NCBI GenBank assembly: GCA_023460955.1
Contig: JAEWOH010000048.1
Location: 79,346 to 111,345 of the forward strand
DNA length: 32,000 nucleotides
Direction of reading: 5' to 3'
Source: Bacillota bacterium
GTDB taxonomy: Bacteria > Bacillota > Clostridia > Acetivibrionales > DSM-1351
Shown here in pieces: positions 9,809 through 18,687 of the stretch. Position 1 is the stretch's first letter. Each line of letters starts with the position of its first letter. A model generated the notes under the pieces. It did not search any database and was not told the origin of the DNA. It worked only from the letters and a program-made list of their open reading frames with translations. The translations under genes were made by a program, and so were the position numbers.

Positions 9809-10768
9809 TCATTTACCAGTATCCAAGGTGACATACTCAGTCGGATTAACGGGTGTGTTTCCAATTCTTATTTCAAAGTGGAGATGGGGCCCTGTACTAT
9901 TCCCGGTACTGCCAACCAATGCAATCTTTTGTCCCTTTTTAACCTTTTCTCCTTTTTTAACAAGGAGTTTTGAGGAATGACCGTAAATTGTTCTAAAGCC
10001 ATTCTGATGATCGATCTTTACATTATAACCATAACCCTGTGAGTAACCGGAAAACTCAACAACACCTGATGCTGCAGCATAAATCGGATCCCCCTTTGAG
10101 GCTGATATATCAACACCTTCATGAGGTTTGTAAACTTTTTTTATGGGGTGGTTTCTCATGCCGAAGGGCGAAGAAATGAGCCCTTTGGCAGGAACAAAGT
10201 CAGGTATTGCAGCCATACAGCTTTCCAGCATTTGATCTGTTTTCTGTAACTGCTCCGAAAGATTAGGGTCAGAACTTGTAAAGCTATTAAGTTCCTTAAC
10301 TAACTTACTTAGCTGTGTAAGGTTAATAAGCGTAGCTTTGTTTTCTTTATTTGTAGCAGAGCCTCTGCTGGTTTTAGTTACATAATCTTTAGCTACGTCT
10401 GTATACAGTCTTGAAAATTCTTGTATTTTTTCTTTTGCTTTAATATTTTCGGTTTTAAGCTCCTCCAGCTGATTGTTGCTAAGATTCAGCAGCTGGTTTT
10501 GCTGTCGTATTGTATCTGTCAAAGCTGCTATTTTTTCTTCCAACTCGACACTGCTTACTTCAGCGATTTTATTTGAAGAGTTTTCCTTATTTTTCAGATA
10601 ACTATATGTAAAAAAGGACGCTGAAATTGATAGTATAATTAACGCTGTAATAAGGAGCTTTGCAAAAGGTGCCATAAGTGAAACCTTTTTTACAGAGTCA
10701 TTTGTATTGGGTATGATTACAATAGAATAGCTCTTATTAAGTTTTTTCATAAAGCTTTTAAATTTCAT
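9809..10768 (-). CDS. M23 family peptidoglycan metalloendopeptidase with N-terminal TM and coiled coil
   Basis: HEGVDI (HxxxD) and GPHLHFEIR (HxH) zinc motifs. N-terminal hydrophobic helix and a long coiled-coil region. Confidence 0.9.
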   Translation of the reverse strand: MKFKSFMKKLNKSYSIVIIPNTNDSVKKVSLMAPFAKLLITALIILSISASFFTYSYLKNKENSSNKIAEVSSVELEEKIAALTDTIRQQNQLLNLSNNQLEELKTENIKAKEKIQEFSRLYTDVAKDYVTKTSRGSATNKENKATLINLTQLSKLVKELNSFTSSDPNLSEQLQKTDQMLESCMAAIPDFVPAKGLISSPFGMRNHPIKKVYKPHEGVDISASKGDPIYAAASGVVEFSGYSQGYGYNVKIDHQNGFRTIYGHSSKLLVKKGEKVKKGQKIALVGSTGNSTGPHLHFEIRIGNTPVNPTEYVTLDTGK

Positions 10769-11184
10769 TCTTACGTACCTGCCATAAATTAATTAGGATT
10801 GAAACCTAAGCCACCATAAAAAAGGACAATAAAATACCTTATATCGAATTATTTCCAATATAATGATATTTCTATACAATTGAGTTCTTTACTTTAACAA
10901 GTTATACTTTAAATGTGAATATTTTGCGACACTTTATGGTGGCTATCTTTTGTAGAATTAATAAGAAAAAACCAGAAGCGACAATTTGCAAATTATAATA
11001 TTCTACATTAATTTAAAATATCCTTTTTTTGAGGACAATTGAGATAAATTATTTAAATCATTCATTAATAATATCATAATATTTCAATTGTCAGACTATT
11101 TGACGAAATATGACAGACTGTAGAGGATTTTTAAAAGTTATATCGAATTAAATCATATAACTGACTTTTATTTCGGAGGTTGCC

Positions 11185-13503
11185 ATGAAAAACGTCAAGA
11201 GCACTGTTATTGGTGCTTTCAGTATTGTAATTGTTATATCGTTGCTATCAACAGCCATTTCATTTTTTGGCTATAATAAAGTAATAGATTCGGTTAATAA
11301 CATTCAAGTGAATAAGGCAAATCAGGACATGCTCCAGGAGCTTCTCAAGCTGTCATATCAAAGACAGCAGCTGGCGAATGACAGCGTGACTTCTCTGACA
11401 TTGAGCGGTCAAAAGGAGTTTGAGGCTTCCGGAAACAGTATTGACAAAATAGCAAATAATTTGCTTGATACCGGAATTACCCAACAGGATAAGGAAATGG
11501 TGAAAAGGCTCATTTCCATAAACAAAGAGTATTCTGATATATTTTTAAATACAATATCTCCTGACATTAAGAAGTTTGATAACATTTCTCTTGCACAAAG
11601 CTCAGCAGATGCTCAGAAGCTTTATGATACGCTTTATAAAAGCCAAGTGAGCCTAAGAGACCTTGTTGCTGCTGACCTTGATCCTAGACTGAACACTGCT
11701 CTCTCAGATGTTGTTGATATAAACAGACGATTAAAAATGATTAACGCAGATTCAAAGGAAATGGACGATAGTCTGACAGAAGTAAAAAACCTGTTGGGTG
11801 ATGTTCTTATGGAGCTTCAGGATAACGGAACTGAAGAAACGGTTTATAAGGAAAAGCTAAATAAAGAGATTGATGCCTTAAAACAGGGAATAACAAACGT
11901 ATCAGGAAATGGTCAGCTTATTTTAGACAACTCAGATGTGTTGGCTTTTGACAGGGTTTATAATCTGAAACAGGTAAAAACGCAGCTTAATCAGTATCAA
12001 ATACTGTCCAACCTGCTATATAATTCGGCACAGCTTAATTCTATTGTGATGTATTCGGCTGCCACATATGAAGAAGATACAGTAGCAGGTTTTAATAGTA
12101 CAAAAGCTAATATTGACGGGCTTATGAAGGATCTCTCGGCTGCAGGCTTGAATACGGAAGATATGGATTCTTTAAAAACCCAGCTCAATGCTTATTATGA
12201 TGCGGCTGATAAGGTTTTGGACAGAAGTGCAATCATGCGGAGAGGTCTACTTGTCAAAGGTTCAATCCAGCTTAGTGATTTAAGCCGCGAATTTACCGAC
12301 AACCTTGAGAAGTTGAGAAATTCTTTTAATGGATACCTGTCTGAGGATATTAAGACCTCCGAAAAAATTAAGACCACAATAATATGGATTCTTGCAGCGA
12401 TAACTTTATTCTCAATTTTAGTTGGAATGCTGATAGCATTTGTTCTGGCAAAAAAGATAACTAACCCTATAAACTCTTTATCAGCAATACTCTCACGGGT
12501 TGAAAAAGGTGACCTTACGGTAAGAGCGGATATCAAAGCCGATGGAGAAATAGGCGGGCTAACCAAAAAGGTAAACAGTGTCCTTGAAGGCCAGCAGAAA
12601 ATGGTTGAACAGTTCAAAGATACAACCCATGAAATAAGCAATCTTAAACAGCGCTTAACACTACTTGTCAAACAAAATCGCGATAGTGTAAGCAAGATTT
12701 CAAATTACAAAAGGAATCCGATTGTTTCCGAAGGCACTCACTTGGATACTGAAAGTATTATTACCGATGTTAAGACAGTTTCCATGCAGACCCAAAAGGC
12801 CGCTGATGACAGCCGTAAAGCAATTGAACTTGCAAAATCGCGCGGAAAAGCTGTTGAAGATGCTGAATTGGTCATTAATTCGGTAAATGAAACAGTTAAA
12901 TCTATTTCTGCATCTATTTCAAAACTGGAAGCATCTTCAGGCAAGATTGGTGAAATAACCAACACCATTACGCAGATTGCATCACAAACAAATCTTTTGG
13001 CATTAAATGCTGCAATAGAAGCTAACAGAGCAGGGCAACAGGGAAAAGGTTTTGCCGTAGTTGCAGATGAAATTCGAAAACTCTCAAATGCAAGTAATCA
13101 ATCTGCAACAGAAATTAAAAACCAAATAAAGGAGATTCAATCCAGTATAACTTATGCTGTGGAAAAAATGAATCTTGGTGTAATCGGGGTTGAGGACGGT
13201 GCTAACAGAATCAATAAAGTAAAAGAAGGGATATCCGAGATTATTGAATCTGTTAATCTGGTGGCGCAAGCTATCAAGGAATCTGCCGATAAAGCCCAAA
13301 ATCATTACGAAACTACTGTTCAATTTATCGAGGCAGTTGATAACATGTCCAGATCTGCTGTTGAAACAGCAGTATCGGGTGAAAGTATTAATGATATTAT
13401 AGAAATTCAGACAGATACACTGAAGGATTTGGACCAGATATCAATCCTCCTGCATGAGGCATCAGATGATTTAAAAAATATTTCAGAAAAGGTTAAAGTA
13501 TAA
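11185..13503 (+). CDS. Methyl-accepting chemotaxis protein
   Basis: Two TM helices flank a ~370-aa extracellular region, followed by HAMP. The signalling hairpin [31 protein letters not shown] is highly conserved. RBS ggaggt. Confidence 0.9.
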   Translation: MKNVKSTVIGAFSIVIVISLLSTAISFFGYNKVIDSVNNIQVNKANQDMLQELLKLSYQRQQLANDSVTSLTLSGQKEFEASGNSIDKIANNLLDTGITQQDKEMVKRLISINKEYSDIFLNTISPDIKKFDNISLAQSSADAQKLYDTLYKSQVSLRDLVAADLDPRLNTALSDVVDINRRLKMINADSKEMDDSLTEVKNLLGDVLMELQDNGTEETVYKEKLNKEIDALKQGITNVSGNGQLILDNSDVLAFDRVYNLKQVKTQLNQYQILSNLLYNSAQLNSIVMYSAATYEEDTVAGFNSTKANIDGLMKDLSAAGLNTEDMDSLKTQLNAYYDAADKVLDRSAIMRRGLLVKGSIQLSDLSREFTDNLEKLRNSFNGYLSEDIKTSEKIKTTIIWILAAITLFSILVGMLIAFVLAKKITNPINSLSAILSRVEKGDLTVRADIKADGEIGGLTKKVNSVLEGQQKMVEQFKDTTHEISNLKQRLTLLVKQNRDSVSKISNYKRNPIVSEGTHLDTESIITDVKTVSMQTQKAADDSRKAIELAKSRGKAVEDAELVINSVNETVKSISASISKLEASSGKIGEITNTITQIASQTNLLALNAAIEANRAGQQGKGFAVVADEIRKLSNASNQSATEIKNQIKEIQSSITYAVEKMNLGVIGVEDGANRINKVKEGISEIIESVNLVAQAIKESADKAQNHYETTVQFIEAVDNMSRSAVETAVSGESINDIIEIQTDTLKDLDQISILLHEASDDLKNISEKVKV

Positions 13504-13604
13504 GAATTGTTTTTTATATAAGAAATTGTTGGAAATAGAGGTATAAATGCATTACTATGTGGAATAATTAATATAACGGCATACTGATTCAAAAATAATT
13601 TTTT

Positions 13605-13629
13605 GTCCCTTAAGGGGGACTTTTTTTTT
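13605..13629 (+). terminator. Rho-independent terminator after the MCP gene
   Basis: Hairpin gtccc/gggac at 13605-13620, followed by a run of 9 T. Confidence 0.65.
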
Positions 13630-13696
13630 GCTAATTTCATACTGAAAATTTATGTATTTAAGAAGCCAGAAAATGTTCCGGCTTCTTAAAAAATAT

Positions 13697-14056
13697 TTAC
13701 ATTCCACGTCCCGGAATTATAGCATCAACAACACCATATATAACAGCTGCAATTAAGGCTCCAAGAATTGTAACATTATAGCCAGGAACAATAAATTTAA
13801 TAGCATAGATTATAACAGCCGCAAGAATGAAGCCTGAAATACCTCTTCCAAAAGGTGCTGCATTTATACCGGTAATTTTATTTACCAACCAGTCAAGCAC
13901 GGCCAGTGCAACAGCAGCAAGGATTAATGAAAACCATGAAGAAATTGCAAAGCCCGGTGTTAAAAATGCTGTTATCGCTAATATAACCGCGCCAACAACC
14001 AATCGTAATAAAAACGAACCTAAGTCCGATCTTCCTCTTCTTTCAACTTTTTCCAT
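13697..14056 (-). CDS. Small 4-TM membrane protein, DUF360 / holin-4_2-like
   Basis: 119 aa, almost entirely hydrophobic helices. The LTPGF...PGY pattern resembles the DUF360 family. Assigned by eye only. Confidence 0.55.
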   Translation of the reverse strand: MEKVERRGRSDLGSFLLRLVVGAVILAITAFLTPGFAISSWFSLILAAVALAVLDWLVNKITGINAAPFGRGISGFILAAVIIYAIKFIVPGYNVTILGALIAAVIYGVVDAIIPGRGM

Positions 14057-14175
14057 ATTATTATTATCCTTTCTAAAAGAATTTTAATAATTATGTCCTG
14101 AACTAATCCATAAATATTAATCTTATAATTTATATTTTACATTAACTGATACGATATACTGTTAAATACTGGAAC

Positions 14176-14649
14176 TCACTTGTTCTGTCCCTGGGATTGT
14201 GACTGACTTTGCCCCTGCCCCTGCTGACTCTGTCCCTGTGATTGTCCGGCTTGCTTACCTGACATACCTGAAATAATTTGAGGTATTTTATCCATTAGCT
14301 GTTGACCGGCGGTACCGGTTGTATTAAGAGGCAACATGGACACGTTTTCCTTGTCTATAACAATTACTGCGTCAGTACATAATTTGGCTCCCAAGCCAAG
14401 TGCTCCTCCTGCCATGTTCCCGGCTCCTGACATTGAATTCATGCCGGGAGATATAGTGGATGAGGACCCCTGCTGTCCTTTAGTGGCTGAGTTCCCGGTT
14501 CCGTAACCGAGGGTAAGGGACACTACGGGTAAAAAAGTTTTATCACCATGAGTAACAGGCTTTCCTATAAGTCCCTCATTCTGGGTAAAACCTTCTAAAT
14601 TAGAGAATAATGCATCAACATTCTGTGTTAAGTTTACGTTCTGATCCAT
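14176..14649 (-). CDS. ytfJ: GerW/YtfJ family sporulation protein with Q/G/S-rich C-terminal tail
   Basis: LIGKPVTHGDKTFLPVVSLTLGYGTG...LGAKLCTDAVIVIDKENVSML matches the GerW/YtfJ pattern. Strong RBS aggagg. Overlaps the upstream ytfI-like gene by 16 nt. Confidence 0.8.
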   Translation of the reverse strand: MDQNVNLTQNVDALFSNLEGFTQNEGLIGKPVTHGDKTFLPVVSLTLGYGTGNSATKGQQGSSSTISPGMNSMSGAGNMAGGALGLGAKLCTDAVIVIDKENVSMLPLNTTGTAGQQLMDKIPQIISGMSGKQAGQSQGQSQQGQGQSQSQSQGQNK

Positions 14650-15161
14650 TGTAATTTCCTCCTGTTTTTAAGGTATTTTATTAAGTTTGTTAGTGAAGCC
14701 CCTAAGTTTACTCTTGCTCTTGCATCAAAATAAATATAATCGTGCGCTGACATAAAGTCAGGTACCTGGTTTAAGAAATCTATATTTATAAACTGCGAAG
14801 CTGCATTTATAGCACCGCAGGTGATGCCTGTCGAGGATGGATTTGTAAATCCGTATTTTGTGTTAATGGTTACATCTTTAAGGTTAAAAATTTTAAGCAG
14901 CTCTTTTTTTTTGATACCGCCTTTATTTTTCCCCGGTTTGATGGTTTTTTTAAGTAAATGCAAGCCAAAAAAATATATATTAACAACCGGGTGGTTATTT
15001 TCCAATTTACCAATACCCTTTATAAAGGGATTAATCCAGCTCACTGTAAAATGCATATCATTCCTGTCCGAGTCGAATAATAATTTTAATTTAGCATCAA
15101 TAGCAAAGAACAATAGAAGTATAAAAGCTATTAATATTAAAAGAATAAAAACAATACCCAT
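14634..15161 (-). CDS. ytfI: DUF2953 / YtfI-like sporulation protein
   Basis: N-terminal TM helix, 175 aa, translationally coupled upstream of ytfJ as in the Bacillus ytfIJ pair. The family call rests mostly on synteny. Confidence 0.6.
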   Translation of the reverse strand: MGIVFILLILIAFILLLFFAIDAKLKLLFDSDRNDMHFTVSWINPFIKGIGKLENNHPVVNIYFFGLHLLKKTIKPGKNKGGIKKKELLKIFNLKDVTINTKYGFTNPSSTGITCGAINAASQFINIDFLNQVPDFMSAHDYIYFDARARVNLGASLTNLIKYLKNRRKLQWIRT

Positions 15162-15298
15162 GAATGGACCTCCATTCTAAAAAGTTTATCAATATTAGAA
15201 TAACCACCTGCATTGGTTTTATGTTCACAATATTTGTATGAGGTAATGAATTAGTTTTTTAAAAATGCAGATAATATCTTTACGGAGGTGGAGCCTAA

Positions 15299-15514
15299 AT
15301 GTCAACATTGGATAATGAAGTTAAGATTACAACTTATGACAGATTGTTAAGAGCTTGGGAAAACTCTATGGAGCTTGTTCGTGATTATGAGATGTATTCC
15401 AAGAGAATTGAAGATGATGAAATCAAAGAAGTATTTAAAGAATTTGCCGAAGATGAAGGAATGCATGCTACCAAGCTTCGTGAGATGCTGCTGGATTACA
15501 GACGGGAGCACTAA
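15299..15514 (+). CDS. Small ferritin/rubrerythrin-like helical protein
   Basis: 71 aa with RBS ggaggtgga. FAEDEGMHATKL resembles an ExxH di-iron helix motif. Weak assignment. Confidence 0.4.
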   Translation: MSTLDNEVKITTYDRLLRAWENSMELVRDYEMYSKRIEDDEIKEVFKEFAEDEGMHATKLREMLLDYRREH

Positions 15515-15576
15515 TTCTTTATTTAGGCGTTATATAGTATCGCTGCAGTCTGAAAGCAGTAAATTATACATTGTAT

Positions 15577-15646
15577 AAAGGCATAAGGATGGGCTTCGGA
15601 GTAAAGCAACTCTGATAGAATATCTTATTATGCCTTTATTATTTTT
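15577..15646 (+). terminator. Long hairpin plus T-rich tail (possible terminator)
   Basis: aaaggcataa (about 15578-15587) pairs with ttatgccttt (15628-15637), followed by attatttttc. The loop is large. Confidence 0.35.
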
Positions 15647-15775
15647 CTCTTCTGAATATTAACCTTCACATTTAAATAAGACACTCCAAACTTTTATGAT
15701 TGCGACCCCGATTTGGGTTATGTTATTATAACGAGGAATAAGGTTAGTTAATATTGATAGTTAAAGAAAGGGCTG

Positions 15776-17170
15776 ATGGTAATTAAAATGAAGCAGGCTT
15801 CGCAAAATAAATTTTCCCGCTCTAAGGTTTATCAACTTGAAATTACAGGACTTACTCATGAGGGACAGGGAGTAGGTAAGATAGAAGGTTTTGTAGTATT
15901 TGTAGATTCAGCTCTTCCGGATGAGACAGTAACGGTCAAAATTATCAAAGAAACCAAAAGTTATGCAGTAGGAAAGCTTATTGATGTAGTTAAACCATCA
16001 CAAAACAGAGTTAAGCCCTTCTGTCCGGTTTTTGATAGCTGTGGAGGCTGCGCAGTTCAACACATGAACTATCAGACACAGCTGGAGTTTAAAAAAGATA
16101 CCGTCCTTCAGAATCTTAGAAGAATAGGCGGGTTGGAGAATATTATAGTTCATGACACCATTGGCATGCCCAGCCCTTTCAGGTACAGAAATAAGGTTCA
16201 ATATCCTGTAAGTCTTCAGAATAAGCAGGTTCAAATAGGTTTTTATGAAAACCGTTCTCATAATATAATTGACAGTACAGAATGTGATATACAGCCCGAG
16301 GAAAGTAATGTGATTAGAAGTCTTATAAGGGACTTCTGCAGCAGCAATAAAATAAGTATATATGATGAGGCCACAGGCAAGGGTCTGCTGCGTCATGTAA
16401 TGGTCAGGAAGGGCTTTAAGACAAATGAGCTAATGGTAGTGCTGGTAGTAAACGGTCAAAAACTGCCAGGTTCGGACAAGCTGGTACAGATACTGACTCA
16501 AAAATACCCGAACCTTAAAAGTATAATGCTGAATGTGAATACAAGGAATACAAACATAATTCTTGGAACAAAGAATGTATGTCTGTTTGGACAGAAATTT
16601 ATTTCGGACTACATAGGCAAATATAAGTTTAATATTTCACCGTTGTCCTTTTTTCAGGTCAACCCGGTTCAAACTGAGGTTTTGTACCGTAAGGCGCTGG
16701 AATATGCCCAGCTTACAGGAAACGAAAATGTGTTTGATCTGTACTGCGGAATTGGAACTATTTCATTGTTTTTATCCGAGAAAGCAAAGAAGGTTATTGG
16801 TGTGGAAGTAGTTCCTGAGGCAATAGAGGATGCCAAAGAAAATGCAGCTCTGAATAATATCACCAACACTCAGTTCATAGTGGGAGAAGCAGAGGTTGTG
16901 ATACCAAAGCTATACGCTGAGGGCATCAGGGCAGATGTGGTAGTGGTAGATCCACCTAGAAAGGGCTGTGACGAGGTGCTGCTCAATACACTTGTTGAGA
17001 TGAAGCCTCGGCGTATAGTGTACGTCAGCTGTAACCCGTCCACGCTGGCACGGGACCTGAAGTATCTGCACCTTCACGGGTACGAAGCCCGTGAGGTGCA
17101 GCCGGTGGATATGTTCCCGTGGACGGGGCACGTTGAGACGGTAGCATTGATAACAAGGGTAAAAGAGTAG
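15776..17170 (+). CDS. rlmD: 23S rRNA (uracil-C5)-methyltransferase, RlmD/RumA family; chimeric 3' end
   Basis: N-terminal TRAM domain, Fe-S cysteines (CPVFDSCGGCAVQH), SAM motifs (DLYCGIGT, VVVDPPRKG), and C-terminal DMFPWTGHVETV. GC content jumps at about 16.9 kb (see findings). Confidence 0.9.
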   Translation: MVIKMKQASQNKFSRSKVYQLEITGLTHEGQGVGKIEGFVVFVDSALPDETVTVKIIKETKSYAVGKLIDVVKPSQNRVKPFCPVFDSCGGCAVQHMNYQTQLEFKKDTVLQNLRRIGGLENIIVHDTIGMPSPFRYRNKVQYPVSLQNKQVQIGFYENRSHNIIDSTECDIQPEESNVIRSLIRDFCSSNKISIYDEATGKGLLRHVMVRKGFKTNELMVVLVVNGQKLPGSDKLVQILTQKYPNLKSIMLNVNTRNTNIILGTKNVCLFGQKFISDYIGKYKFNISPLSFFQVNPVQTEVLYRKALEYAQLTGNENVFDLYCGIGTISLFLSEKAKKVIGVEVVPEAIEDAKENAALNNITNTQFIVGEAEVVIPKLYAEGIRADVVVVDPPRKGCDEVLLNTLVEMKPRRIVYVSCNPSTLARDLKYLHLHGYEAREVQPVDMFPWTGHVETVALITRVKE

Positions 17171-17225
17171 GGGTTTGCAAAGCCCAGTATATAAACCGTT
17201 TGTGTGTTTTTGCATTTAAAAATAA

Positions 17226-17282
17226 GGGTATGAAAAATGTGATTATTTTGCTTCGTGGGAACATATCGAGACGAGCCATTAA
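17226..17282 (+). pseudogene. Degenerate duplicate of the rlmD C-terminal coding end
   Basis: Reading from 17226 gives GYEKCDYFASWEHIETSH* versus GYEAREVQPVDMFPWTGHVETV... in the intact gene. Order is conserved for G,Y,E,D,F,W,H,E,T, and a stop lies immediately upstream. Confidence 0.3.
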
Positions 17283-17286
17283 CCTA

Positions 17287-17406
17287 GTGACAGAGCGATT
17301 TAGATGTCGGTGCTTGGTGAGTGGTCAATATAGATATCAGAGGTTTGTGAGTGGCCGATTTAGATGTTTCTTTTAGGGGAGAGTAGGTTAGATGGCATTT
17401 ACGGGC
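17287..17406. repeat. Four imperfect direct repeats with 30-bp phasing (21-bp core GTGAGTGGYCRATWTAGATRT)
   Basis: GTGA (GGGA in the degenerate fourth unit) occurs at 17287, 17317, 17347, 17377. TAGAT occurs at 17301, 17331, 17361, 17389. Units 2 and 3 match at 17 of the first 21 positions, and units 1 and 3 share gatttagatgt. Confidence 0.65.
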
Positions 17407-17481
17407 CAATTAAAGTAGTGTTATTATAAAAATGTTGAAAACATCTCAAACATTAAGGTGGATGTAATGGCCCTTTTTTTC
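17403..17481 (+). terminator. Terminator-like structured element ending in GGCCC plus T7
   Basis: gggccaatta (17403-17412) pairs with one bulge to taatggccc (17465-17473). Inner hairpins atgtt/aacat. T-run at 17474-17480. The loop is long, so this is uncertain. Confidence 0.35.
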
Positions 17482-17508
17482 GACGAGATCCTTACTACAA
17501 GATATAAC
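17479..17508 (+). promoter_or_regulatory. Possible sigma-A type promoter of the cargo operon
   Basis: TTCGAC (17479-17484), 18-nt spacer, TATAAC (17503-17508). GGAG RBS at about 17520, 8 nt before ATG 17532. Confidence 0.25.
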
Positions 17509-17531
17509 ATAATATAAATGGAGTTGGTACA

Positions 17532-18647
17532 ATGCGTAGCGATATTCCTTCGCCATTAAAGAAAAATGCTTTATGTGATTTTCTTAATAAAATCTGGTCT
17601 GAAGGGTGGTTTAATGATTTCTCTGATAGCCACTTTATAATTCAAGCTATGGAAAATCGAATAAATGGTTATGTTGGAGAAAACCAGTTAAAAGAGAATA
17701 ATTTTAATATTTTTGATTTCAATGATAATTTTGCTTTGAACTTCTCGATCAATCTTTCAGCCAAACTATATCATCTTACAAAAATATTTGGTGAACAAAA
17801 CATAAAACGATTTGTTCAGGATCAGCTGTCAGCTGGAAAGGCACATTATGAAGAAGATCAATTTTTTCGTGCACTTTCAGAAATAAGTATTTTAAAATAC
17901 TTTGGGACTTTTGGACCGGACGTCTTTTCAAATGCTATTTATGAGCCACCAGTTGGAAAAAATGGGAGAAATCCAGAAGCAAGGTTTATCTACAAGGACG
18001 GCACTATCGTAGATGTTGAAGTAAAAACGCCGGGTTTTAAGCATGAACAGTATACTGAGAAAATTATAATTCCTACGCTTTTATTGGATGCAGATGGTAG
18101 AGATATTTTAAACCGCTATTGTCAGGAACAGAATGTTCGTTGCATACTTCCAAGAGTACATAAACTTATTGACTTTTTGAATAATGCAAACGAAAAATTC
18201 ATTACACCTATGGAGGACAATCACATTAATTTGCTGTATATAAATTGGACATATAGCGAATTCCCATCAAATAGCTTTCTAGAAGCATTTTCTTTGCTTG
18301 CAAATTCTCACAATGGAATCTTAACGAATAAAAAAATTGGTATTTCCATGGGGCTTCAGGAAAGTGTTTATGAGAAAATTTCTGCAGTAATCGTATATAC
18401 GGATTCGTTGAACGGCCTTGTTTTTAATGATTTTAGGTATTTATGGGCATTACGCAATTTTGCAATTATTCCAGTTAATCGATCGGATAATAAATTGCTG
18501 AGGATAACAGATATGGATTATAAACGAAATCCTGTGCCACCACGCTTGATGGTAGATTTTAAGTCGAAAAAATTGGAAGAACAAGCTGAAGCCGCAATGC
18601 TTTCTGTAAATATGATGCGAATAATTGAAGAACACATTCTGAAATGA
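17532..18647 (+). CDS. Hypothetical protein with putative PD-(D/E)xK nuclease core (cargo gene 1)
   Basis: 371-aa ORF. Motif NPEARFIYKDGTIVDVEVKTP (P148-E149 ... D161-x-E163-x-K165; nt 17973-18026) is preceded by the helix FFRALSEISILKYF. I recognise no other family signature. Confidence 0.6.
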   Translation: MRSDIPSPLKKNALCDFLNKIWSEGWFNDFSDSHFIIQAMENRINGYVGENQLKENNFNIFDFNDNFALNFSINLSAKLYHLTKIFGEQNIKRFVQDQLSAGKAHYEEDQFFRALSEISILKYFGTFGPDVFSNAIYEPPVGKNGRNPEARFIYKDGTIVDVEVKTPGFKHEQYTEKIIIPTLLLDADGRDILNRYCQEQNVRCILPRVHKLIDFLNNANEKFITPMEDNHINLLYINWTYSEFPSNSFLEAFSLLANSHNGILTNKKIGISMGLQESVYEKISAVIVYTDSLNGLVFNDFRYLWALRNFAIIPVNRSDNKLLRITDMDYKRNPVPPRLMVDFKSKKLEEQAEAAMLSVNMMRIIEEHILK

Positions 18648-18687
18648 ATATTCTGATTTATAAATATATTAAAAGGACTTGAGTACA

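Noticed and set aside
12195-12695. 166-aa minus-strand ORF inside the MCP gene
   Set aside because: Antisense to a strongly supported MCP coding frame (HAMP region). Serine/leucine-rich shadow translation.
16910-17279. Minus-strand ORFs of 101 and 84 aa over the rlmD 3' end
   Set aside because: They are antisense to the well-supported rlmD frame and confined to the GC-rich patch, where stop codons are rare. No start context.
17287-17406. Possible mini-CRISPR array
   Set aside because: The units are contiguous with no unique spacers of CRISPR size, the repeats are only about 60-80% identical, and there are no cas genes in the window.
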